Source: an uncultured candidate division Zixibacteria bacterium (GTDB taxonomy: Bacteria > Zixibacteria > MSB-5A5 > RBG-16-43-9). From it: a stretch of DNA of 64,000 nt. Shown piece after piece: positions 54,110 to 62,485 of this stretch. Position 1 is the stretch's first letter. Each line of letters starts with the position of its first letter. Location of the stretch: contig OY970208.1 in the NCBI GenBank assembly GCA_963713865.1, positions 455,922 through 519,921 on the forward strand, written 5' to 3'. Both the position numbers and the translations under genes were made by a program. A model generated the notes under the pieces. That model did not search any database and was not told the origin of the DNA. It was given only the letters and a program-made list of their open reading frames with translations.

Positions 54110-55942
54110 ATGCTCTACAAAAATTTAACTTTGTGTTCTAAATCTCGGTTTGTCATCTTGGTTTTTTTAGTTTTATCATTTACTCCATTTGCTACTCTTA
54201 ATTCCCAAACCTTTTACCCCAATCCCGATTCCATTCCTTTCGCTCCAGCAGTAAACTATGGTGTAGGAAATGGGCCCACTTATGCTTTTTGTGCAGATTT
54301 AGATGGGGATACAGATTTGGATTTAGCTGTGGCAAATGAGGGAAGTGGTAGTATTTCAGTCTTAAAGAACAACGGAGATGGGACGTTTCAAACTAAGGTT
54401 GATTATAGTGCAGGGAACGGTTCTGCTTCTGTTTTTTGTGCGGATTTAGACGGGGATTCAGATTTAGACTTAGCTGTGGCAAATCGGCTTAGCGCGAGTG
54501 TTTCCATCTTGAAGAACAACGGGGACGGAACTTTTCAACCTAAAGTTGACTATGACGTAGGAGTCTGGCCCCGTTCTGTTTTTTGTGCTGATTTAGATGG
54601 GGATGATGACTTAGACTTAGCGGTGGCAAATCATAATAGCGGAAGCGTTTCTATCCTGAAGAACAATGGTGATGGCACATTTCAAACTAAGGTTGACTAC
54701 GGTGTAGGAAGTAATCCTCACTCTGTTTTTTGTGCGGATTTAGACGGCGATACTGATATGGACTTAGCCGTAGCAAATGATGTTTTGAACGGCACTGTTT
54801 CCATCTTAAAGAACAATGGAGATGGGACTTTTCAAACCAAAGTTAACTATGGTACAGGATATTATCCTACTTCTGTTTTTTGTGCAAATTTGGATGGGGA
54901 TTCAGATCTGGACATAGCTGTGGCAAATTCTGGAAGTGCCAATGTTTCCATACTAATTAATAATGGTGATGGCACTTTTCAAACCGCAGTCAACTATCCT
55001 ACAGAAAGCTTTGCTATTTATGTTTTTTGTGCGGATTTAGACGGAGATACAGATTTAGATTTAGCTGTGGCAAATTGTTACGCCTCCAACGTCTCTATTT
55101 TAAACAATAACGGGGATGGAACTTTTCAGAGTAAAGTGGATTATGGTGCTGGAGGTTGCCCTCAGTCTGTTTTTTGTGCGGATTTGGATGGAGATGCAGA
55201 TTTAGACTTAACCACTGCAAATCAATGGGATAACAATGTATCGATCTTAAAGCATCTTACGAATAATGAATACTCCCTGGTTCCTATAGATCTGAAAATG
55301 GGTTTGGATGATAGCACTGTCCAGGTTAATATTAATATCAAAACAATTGATACAGTCGAAGCGTTTAACGTTTTTTTGTATGTTGAGGGGACTTCTAATC
55401 CAGTTCTGGATACTGTGCTGACTGGCGGTCCTTCAGATCCCAATCCTCCAGCATTTGCTACACCCAGCTTAGTTTCAACCTTTGACTTAAGGGTAGTTTA
55501 TTGGCCACCGGCTGATCCCCTTGTTTTTGTTGCAATTGACTTTCAGGCTAGTGAAGCGCTTATACCACCAGCAAACGGACTCTACTGCAGGATGTTCTAT
55601 AAAGTAACTAATCCAGGTACCTTAACCTTTAGAACTGCAGTTCACTCACTTTCAGGTGAGACATGTATGATTACCCCTGATGGTACTCTCGTTCCCATTA
55701 ACTGGACTCCTGCCGGAGAGGTCGGCAGTTTCAATGTTACTGAGGTAATCCGGGGAGATGCTAACGGTGATGGACAGATTACTGTCTCAGATGTAATTTA
55801 TCTAATCAATTATCTTTTCAAAGGTGGACCCTCACCAGATCCTTTAACGGTTGGCGATGTAAATTGTGATGGTAAAGTCTCTGTTTCCGATGTGGTTTAT
55901 TTAATCAATTACCTTTTCAAAGGCGGGCCACCGCCGTGTTGA
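54110..55942 (+). CDS. Secreted FG-GAP/VCBS-repeat (7-blade beta-propeller-like) protein with a C-terminal dockerin-like repeat pair
   Basis: Signal peptide. Seven 49-50-aa repeats FCADLDGDxDLDLAVAN...VSILKNNGDGTFQxKVDY. A middle domain of unknown type. Two dockerin-type Ca-binding repeats GDANGDGQITVSDVIYLINYLFKGGP and GDVNCDGKVSVSDVVYLINYLFKGGP. Confidence 0.8.
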   Translation: MLYKNLTLCSKSRFVILVFLVLSFTPFATLNSQTFYPNPDSIPFAPAVNYGVGNGPTYAFCADLDGDTDLDLAVANEGSGSISVLKNNGDGTFQTKVDYSAGNGSASVFCADLDGDSDLDLAVANRLSASVSILKNNGDGTFQPKVDYDVGVWPRSVFCADLDGDDDLDLAVANHNSGSVSILKNNGDGTFQTKVDYGVGSNPHSVFCADLDGDTDMDLAVANDVLNGTVSILKNNGDGTFQTKVNYGTGYYPTSVFCANLDGDSDLDIAVANSGSANVSILINNGDGTFQTAVNYPTESFAIYVFCADLDGDTDLDLAVANCYASNVSILNNNGDGTFQSKVDYGAGGCPQSVFCADLDGDADLDLTTANQWDNNVSILKHLTNNEYSLVPIDLKMGLDDSTVQVNINIKTIDTVEAFNVFLYVEGTSNPVLDTVLTGGPSDPNPPAFATPSLVSTFDLRVVYWPPADPLVFVAIDFQASEALIPPANGLYCRMFYKVTNPGTLTFRTAVHSLSGETCMITPDGTLVPINWTPAGEVGSFNVTEVIRGDANGDGQITVSDVIYLINYLFKGGPSPDPLTVGDVNCDGKVSVSDVVYLINYLFKGGPPPC

Positions 55943-55994
55943 GCGAAGCGAAATCCCGCTGCAGGCGGGGCTGAAAAACAGTTTGGAGTTTGGA

Positions 55995-56173
55995 GTAGGG
56001 GCGGGGTTTCCCCGCCCTTTTTTATTATATGGAAGGCTGAAGCTTTCCTTTACAAATAAAACTGGAACAGACATCTCTACGAGCCGTAATGCTTTTATCG
56101 ACTTGTCTGTTCCCTAAGATCAGGCCCTAACACAGGTCTGTAGGACAAGGTGCCTGACCCATCGTGGAGCGAC
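55995..56173. repeat. REP hairpin plus 111-bp composite repeat, right copy flanking the FG-GAP gene
   Basis: GTAGGGGCGGGGTTTCCCCGCCCT (55995-56018) and 56063-56173. Followed by further hairpins up to about 56265. Confidence 0.85.
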
Positions 56174-56296
56174 TCTGCTTGTCCCGCGGGATCAGGGTCG
56201 CAAAAAAAGAAGGACAGAACTCTGTTCTGTCCCTACAATTTTTTGTCAGACAGGAATGTCTGACATACCAGATATATTTTAAACAGACCTTATCTA

Positions 56297-56839
56297 CTAT
56301 TTAGTCTTTCCTTTATTCAATTCTTCTAAAATCACCGCAGTCAAATCCATATCCTCTTTAGCATAGAGAACATTTCCTCCAGAGGAATCTAAGATCAAAG
56401 CGTAGCCATCCCGGATTGCTACTAACTGGATAACCGCGTTTATCTTATCGATAAGGGGCTTGGAAAGCTCCTTTTCCCTTCTGGCCGCTTCACCTTCAGG
56501 ACCTAAAATCTTCGAAGCAAAATCCTGATATTCTTTTTGTTTGGCTATAATCAACTGCTGTTTTTCTTTTCTCTTGGCTTCAGTCAAAAGTGAACCCTGT
56601 CTTTCTAATTCATTCTGCAGAGCAGCAACCTCTTTTTGCATAGTATCAGCCTGGCTCTGCCATATAGATAACTGCTGGTTGAACCTCTCCTGAGCATCCT
56701 GAAACTCTTTATATTCTACTTTTAACCTTTCCACATCCACATAACCGATCTTGGGTTGCTGAGCTAAAAGCGCTTTAGATAAAGGAACTGCTAACAGGAG
56801 CACAAGCCCGAAAAGACATACTACTTTTTTTAACATCAA
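56297..56839 (-). CDS. skp: OmpH/Skp-family periplasmic chaperone
   Basis: Signal peptide, KIGYVDVERL and a long coiled-coil region typical of Skp. Confidence 0.75.
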   Translation of the reverse strand: MMLKKVVCLFGLVLLLAVPLSKALLAQQPKIGYVDVERLKVEYKEFQDAQERFNQQLSIWQSQADTMQKEVAALQNELERQGSLLTEAKRKEKQQLIIAKQKEYQDFASKILGPEGEAARREKELSKPLIDKINAVIQLVAIRDGYALILDSSGGNVLYAKEDMDLTAVILEELNKGKTK

Positions 56840-56883
56840 AATCCTCCTTTTTTGTTATGCCAATATAGGTTGTTTATTTTAAT

Positions 56884-57537
56884 TTACAAGAAAAGTTTTT
56901 TAAAGGTATCCTTAGCTTCTTTTCCCACTAAGGTTATTATGGTATCATTCTCCTTAAGGATCGTTTCACCCTTGGGAATGATTATCTGGTTCTCCCTTAA
57001 GGCTGCTATAATTATACAATCCTTGGGAAGGGTTAGTTTGGAAATTTTCTTATCAACTAAAGGAGAATCCGAAGAAAGCTGGGTCTGGAAGATTTCAACT
57101 TCACCTCCCCGTAGGGCTAAAAGGGGAATGAACATTCCAGCATCGATCTTCTCTTCGATAAGTGAGCCGATTATCCTGGTTGCCGAGACTGTAGCATCCA
57201 CCCCTAAGGTTTGAAAGACCTCCTCATTATTCGGGTCATTTACCCGTGCAATGGTTTTTGGTATAATATATAATATTTTAGCCATCTGGCAGATAATCAG
57301 ATTATCCTGGTCTGTGCCGGTTACAGCCACCAGGACATCCGCCCGATTAACCCCCATATCCATAAGAGTGCCAAGCTCTGTTCCATCACCCAGGATCACC
57401 TGTTCCCCTAACTCCTCTGAGAGTTTACTATATCTTGCCGGATCTTTCTCCACCAGCAATACCTCATGCTTCTCCGAGATTAGCATCCGGGCAAGACTAT
57501 GACCTACCTGACCACCACCTACTATGATAACGTACAT
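56884..57537 (-). CDS. trkA: TrkA/KtrA-like potassium-transport regulatory protein (RCK N plus C domains)
   Basis: MYVIIVGGGQVGHSLARML Rossmann motif. C-terminal TrkA-C-like region. Confidence 0.8.
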   Translation of the reverse strand: MYVIIVGGGQVGHSLARMLISEKHEVLLVEKDPARYSKLSEELGEQVILGDGTELGTLMDMGVNRADVLVAVTGTDQDNLIICQMAKILYIIPKTIARVNDPNNEEVFQTLGVDATVSATRIIGSLIEEKIDAGMFIPLLALRGGEVEIFQTQLSSDSPLVDKKISKLTLPKDCIIIAALRENQIIIPKGETILKENDTIITLVGKEAKDTFKKLFL

Positions 57538-57565
57538 CTTGATTTCACCTACCTTTGGATTTCAT

Positions 57566-57971
57566 TCAAGTTTTTTCTGTAAGAAGAGTTTCAATCTTTT
57601 CAGCTGTATCAACGGTTGGGCAGATTATATTCAAATCCAGTTCTTTAAAAGCCTGAGCTCTTTTGGGATCATAAACTCTTAATAATATCTTGGGGGTTTT
57701 GAATTTCTCCCTTACCAGTTGAGCTGCCATTAAATTAGTATTATCTTCATTTGTTACCGCGATAAAGGCTTCAGCCTTATCTATCCCGACACTTTTTAAA
57801 GCCTCCTCGTCGATCCCTATGCCCAGGATGGTTCTGCCTTTAAATTCTTTATCCAGCCTTTTAAAAGAACCGGGATTCTGGTCTATTATTGAGACCTCAT
57901 TACCCTTAGCCGCAAGCTGATTGGCAAGTAACGAGCCTACCAGAACTGCATCCTAAAATTACCACTTTCAT
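57566..57971 (-). pseudogene. Second TrkA-N (RCK N-domain) gene, interrupted by a 1-nt frameshift after about 11 codons
   Basis: ATG 57971 gives MKVVILGCSSG... and stops after 21 codons. Shifting one base near 57935-57940 continues ...GSLLANQLAAKGNEVSIIDQNPGSFKRL...ICPTVDTAEKIETLL to a stop at 57566. Not in the ORF track. Confidence 0.65.
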
Positions 57972-57992
57972 ATTTTTTCTCCCAAATAAATT

Positions 57993-58556
57993 TTATCCCT
58001 CAGGAAGCTTATCAATGATGACTTCACAGGGTGCTTTTCGAATCAAGATATCAGTTGTCCTTCCCCAGAGTGCTTGAACACCCCGTAGATTGGTGCTCAT
58101 ACCTAAAACAATCGCATCCGCCTGTTTATCCTTGGCTACTCGTATTATCCCCTCCCCTGCTTCCCGCGCCCTTTCAATTAGGGGAACTGGAGAAAGATTA
58201 TGAAGCTTTACAATTTCTTTACCCCGATTTAAAGCCTGGTTGGCTTTCTCCTCAGCTTCAGGCATAGGAGCATTTAAGGGAAGAGTGCGAGGGATTTCTA
58301 TCACATAGGTCAACACTATTTCCGCCTGATGTTCAGCTCCTAACCGACAGGCTAACTCAATCCCTCTTTCTGAATATGGCATACCTGATGTAGGAACTAA
58401 AATCCTTTTCAATGCTTCAACTGACCTGTGAGCCTTAGCTACCTCTGGTTTTATCTGAGGTGGAGGGTGCAGCATCCACCACAGAATCCCGCCCATAGAA
58501 AAGGCAAAGACTATAGCAATAATTACTCCTAAAAGTGATACCTGAACCTGCATCAA
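57993..58556 (-). CDS. Universal stress protein (UspA family) with an N-terminal TM anchor
   Basis: TM helix, then a Usp fold ending in ADAIVLGMS...G...KAPCEVII. Confidence 0.65.
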   Translation of the reverse strand: MMQVQVSLLGVIIAIVFAFSMGGILWWMLHPPPQIKPEVAKAHRSVEALKRILVPTSGMPYSERGIELACRLGAEHQAEIVLTYVIEIPRTLPLNAPMPEAEEKANQALNRGKEIVKLHNLSPVPLIERAREAGEGIIRVAKDKQADAIVLGMSTNLRGVQALWGRTTDILIRKAPCEVIIDKLPEG

Positions 58557-58774
58557 TTTTTTCTTTTTTTCAGATACTTATAAACAAAATTCAAGCGATA
58601 AATCCCTAAACCTAAAAGCCCTCCACCCACTAAAAGAGTGAGGATGAAAATTCCAGAGAATAAAGCTCTCAGAAGAATTATCCCTCCCGAAACAGTCATT
58701 AAAATACTGGTGATTATCTGGTAATAGTCCAGACGGGTTAAATTCTTAGTCGAATTTACAGTCAAGCTTCTCAT
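58553..58774 (-). CDS. Small two-TM membrane protein
   Basis: 73-aa ORF with 4-nt overlaps to both neighbours, suggesting translational coupling. Confidence 0.5.
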   Translation of the reverse strand: MRSLTVNSTKNLTRLDYYQIITSILMTVSGGIILLRALFSGIFILTLLVGGGLLGLGIYRLNFVYKYLKKRKN

Positions 58775-60348
58775 TTTATCCCCATTCTCTTTTTATCCCT
58801 TTCAGCCAAAGCATTCTTATACTGTTCTAATGAATCAAATTCTTCGGCTGAGGTCAAAACCTCTATCTGCTCTTTCTCCCAGTTATGTTTGATGCTTTTA
58901 AATAGGGGAAGCCCTTCTTTTTTCCTATACCAGGTATAATAGATAAAACACAATAAGACCCAGGAAGGGCCTGCTATTCTTCCAATAGTATGAGTCAGGA
59001 TTACCTCAAAAAGAATAGTAGCCACGCCTAACATCCCGATAACTCCAAGTATAGGAAAATAGACTTTTCTTCCCTGATAATTTAATTTTAAATTTAGAGG
59101 CATCTTATAAGGTCTGGGAGTGTAAGGATCTGAAAACCTGAGTTTTATCAAAGCGATAAAGACTAAAGTGTACCCTAAGGTAGCACCGAAGGCGTACATA
59201 TTCCCTAAAGTATCCATAGCTTTAGGAGTTAGAAACGATAAAACAGTTTGGATCACTGCGACCATAGAAAAAATAACTATAGTCCTGACCGGTGTATGAA
59301 ATTTGGGATGAACTGAATAAAACCAGGGACTGATTATCCCGAACTGGCTCAAGGAATAAGTTAGCCGGGAAGCTCCCATAACTCCAGCATTGGAGGAGAT
59401 AAAAAGGATAGTAGCACCTAAGATGGCAGCAAAAGGTCCAGCGATTAATCCAATATAGGGAATAGTGCTGGCAAGTTTAGCCACAGGATCCCCTATATGG
59501 TCTGCAAAAACCTGCCAGGGCAATACTCCTAAACCCAGAGTAGAAAATGACACTGCGAAGATAAAGACGGTTAAGATTAAAGTTAGAGAAGTGCGAGGGA
59601 TTATAGTAGCTGGCCTTTTGGTTTCCTGAGCTGCCTGAGAGATAGACTCTAAACCAACAAAGGAAATGATAGCCAGAGAAGAACCATACATAAAATTATG
59701 TAGCGTTGGGAACTGAGTATGCCATTGATGGGCAAGAAGTTCAGGCTTCCAGGCAAACAGAAAGCCAAAGATTATGATACTCCCTTCAGCTAAAAGATCA
59801 ACTGCTCCTATTATCGAATTCAAAAGGGATGATTCCCTTATACCCCTAATATTTACCAGGATCAAAATCCCAATGAGGACAAGGGTTTCCAGACACCAGA
59901 CCGGGTTTATATTATGCAGTGGACCTAAAGTGATGGCGAAACTCTCAATACTTCTTCCCAGCAGATAAGGCATAAAGAAGTTAATATAACCGGCTGAACC
60001 AACTGCGAAGAGAGCAATATCTATGGTGTAATCTAAAAGCAGAGCTGATCCCCCTACAAATCCCCAGAAATCCCCTAAGCCTCTTAAGGTGAAGTAAGGA
60101 CCTCCTCCTGCTACAGGATAGGCGGAGGCAAGCTCAGTATAGGCAAGCCCGATCATTATATAAACAATCCCGGCTAAGGCAAAGACCAGGCTGGCAGCCC
60201 CTTGAGCATAAGCCATCACCAGTCCTAAAGCCACATATATATCAGCACCCACATCTGCATAACCCCAGGTAAAGGAGCCCCAGACTGTTACATCCCGACG
60301 AAGCTCTATTTTTTCAGTTGAATGAATTTGAGCAATTTTGTTCTTCAA
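58771..60348 (-). CDS. APC-superfamily amino acid/polyamine permease
   Basis: 525 aa, about 12 TM segments. N-terminal FTWGYADVGADIYVALG is typical of APC permeases. TTG start. Confidence 0.8.
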   Translation of the reverse strand: MKNKIAQIHSTEKIELRRDVTVWGSFTWGYADVGADIYVALGLVMAYAQGAASLVFALAGIVYIMIGLAYTELASAYPVAGGGPYFTLRGLGDFWGFVGGSALLLDYTIDIALFAVGSAGYINFFMPYLLGRSIESFAITLGPLHNINPVWCLETLVLIGILILVNIRGIRESSLLNSIIGAVDLLAEGSIIIFGFLFAWKPELLAHQWHTQFPTLHNFMYGSSLAIISFVGLESISQAAQETKRPATIIPRTSLTLILTVFIFAVSFSTLGLGVLPWQVFADHIGDPVAKLASTIPYIGLIAGPFAAILGATILFISSNAGVMGASRLTYSLSQFGIISPWFYSVHPKFHTPVRTIVIFSMVAVIQTVLSFLTPKAMDTLGNMYAFGATLGYTLVFIALIKLRFSDPYTPRPYKMPLNLKLNYQGRKVYFPILGVIGMLGVATILFEVILTHTIGRIAGPSWVLLCFIYYTWYRKKEGLPLFKSIKHNWEKEQIEVLTSAEEFDSLEQYKNALAERDKKRMGIK

Positions 60349-60555
60349 GTTGCTATCTTTCCCTTAAAGAAAAAAGACCAATGAAAACCCAGTGGTCTAT
60401 CCTATTTGATCTTCACTCCTCTCTTTACGCCTGCGAAGTTAGCTAAAAGGCTCGGGTCAAGAGCTAACCCTATCTCCCATTTAGGAAAAATTCGCCCTAG
60501 AATTTTATGGTTCCTCCGTCCCCCGTATGGGGATTAGGCGATTTATTGAAGATTG

Positions 60556-60583
60556 AATATATGAGGTAGTAAAAGATTGTCAA
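60556..60583 (-). promoter_or_regulatory. Sigma70-like promoter for the APC permease operon
   Basis: Minus strand reads TTGACA (60583-60578)-16 nt-TATATT (60561-60556), followed by a roughly 200-nt leader. Confidence 0.45.
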
Positions 60584-60600
60584 TACAAATCTTAAACTAA

Positions 60601-62046
60601 TGTCAAGCCAAAATAGAAATATCCTATTTGTTTAATATCCACATACTTTTCTTTTTTGCAACGGGATTGAAGTTCAACCATCTTCTCCAGGGGTGATTTT
60701 TTCCAGGTTTAATAGGTCGGTGAAATCTTTCCCGGACTATGGTATCCTCAGTCTTAACAGGTTTTTCGGCGATCTCCCTATACCGCAGACTGGTTCCCTT
60801 ACCCATTATATACAGGGAGCTGCTGAGCTTCTCCTCCATGATCACCTTATTGGCCTTCACTACATCCTCCCTACGGGGGACGAAGCCCGGCGTAGCCGTC
60901 GTAAAGCTTTTATCGACTATCTGATAAAGCCCGCCGTTATGAGTTATGGTGTTATCGTTTCTTACCGTGCGTTCAGTCTTTATGCAGAGATATTTATCCA
61001 GATAAAAATGATTGGGAAGTTTCACATGCACATCCGTGTCATTTGCCGGGCATACCCTGAACCTCTGGTTAAACTTCGGCAGATACTCCCTGAGAAATTC
61101 ATTGGCGGACTCTTTGGTCTTTATCCCTCTAAGCCTCATCTCCTTAATAAGTCTGTCCTGAAGGACTCCAAAAAGCCTTTCTACCCTTCCCTTTGCCTGT
61201 GGAGAATAGGCATGGATTACGTCTACCCCAAGCTCTTTAAGTGCTCTCTCAAACTGGCTCAAAGGTTCTATCCTCTCGAACTCCTCCCACTCGGTAAGCT
61301 TCTTAGTTGATTTGTAGGTGGTGTGCCTGTCCAGATAAATACTTAGTGAAAGCCCATATCTTCTCACATAACGCTTAAAACTATCCATCCCAGGGATAGT
61401 CCCCCTCATAATCGTAAAACCTCGCAAAAACATGGTTGGTGGCATCATCTATGTAGGCCATCAGCACAAGCTCAGGACCCCTGCCTTCAAGCCAGTCATG
61501 ATGAGAACCATCCATCTGAACCATTTCTCCAAAACATTCCTTCCTTTGTCTCCACTGTCTGTGCCTTGACCTCTTACGTCTCCTCTGCCATAGACCCGCC
61601 TCCATAAGCCATTTCCTCAGGGTCTCATCGCTTAACTTAATGCCGTCCAGTTCACCTAACTTCTCAGTTGCAAGGGTTGGACCAAAACCACTATACTTGC
61701 TTCTGTAGAACATTAATACCTTGGCTTTAACTTCAGCCAGTATCCGCCTGTTTGAAAAACGACCTCGTAACCTGTGAATTACTCCTTCTTCTCCCTCCTC
61801 ACGCACTGCCCTAACCAGCCTTCTTGTCTGTCTCTCTGAAAGCCCTATCAGGGAGGCAGCTACCCTCTGGGTTATGTGTCTCTCTATTGCCTCCTGGATT
61901 ACCTTTAACCGCTTAACCTCTCTTATGCTCATCCTGATAATGTCCTTTTCTGCCATAATCCTCCCTGTCTTTTAAGGGAAAATTATAGCTATGTCTTAGG
62001 ACATTTCTACTTTAGTTAATTAGGACATTATCACTTTGGTGTAACA
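60601..62046 (-). mobile_element. Second, decayed copy of the IS at 6839-8260
   Basis: Same termini (TGTCAAGCC... and ...GGTGTAACA), but the left end lacks one subterminal repeat. No flanking direct repeat (ACAAATCTTAAACTAA versus TATTGCAGTTAAGAAG). The transposase gene is broken. Confidence 0.9.
60624..61956 (-). pseudogene. Transposase pseudogene (frameshift plus in-frame 46-48-bp insertion)
   Basis: The two ORF-track pieces (61381-61956 and 60624-61448) together match the 427-aa transposase. C5 here (61401-61405) versus C4 in the intact copy causes the frameshift. Extra segment about 60873-60918 encodes DKSFTTATPGFVPRRED. Confidence 0.9.
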
Positions 62047-62416
62047 TATTGCAGTTAAGAAGATCTCCAATCGTTATAATGTAATATCAAACTATGAACC
62101 CAGATTAAAACCATTTAGATTATATCAAAGAGTTTTAAAATATGACCTTTTAGGGTCGTTTGAGAACAACCATGAGTATTTTACCTATATTCTTGATACT
62201 CCAACAAGAAGAGTGAAAATTGTAGTAAACTTTCCTGAGAACAGACCATGTAAAGAAAGGAGCGTCAAGGGCAGTTTACATGCGGAAAGTAGTAGGGGTG
62301 AATTAGAGAACAGGGAAATGAACAAGCCCGAAAATATAGACAATGGCCAGAAAATCGAATGGTACCTAAATAATGTAAGAGAAGGAGAGTTATATTATTT
62401 AGAATGGGATTGGTAG
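62047..62416 (+). pseudogene. 5'-truncated paralog of the 8750-9469 gene, decapitated by the IS
   Basis: The frame is open from the IS end to TAG 62414-62416. ...SFENNHEYFTYILDTPTRRVKIVVNFPENRP...KIEWYLNNVREGELYYLEWDW aligns with ...CFLEKEESFVFRIDNPTELLKIMFVFNEHRRP...EVFEWFIQKPPLYSEYLFLWKW. Confidence 0.6.
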
Positions 62417-62455
62417 AATCTATATGTTTCTATTATTATATAGATTTGAATTTTT
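62417..62455 (+). terminator. Palindrome plus T-run between convergent genes
   Basis: AATCTATAT-N12-ATATAGATT followed by TGAATTTTT. Confidence 0.45.
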
Positions 62456-62485
62456 GGAACCTCATGGCTGGATAAATTCTCATGT

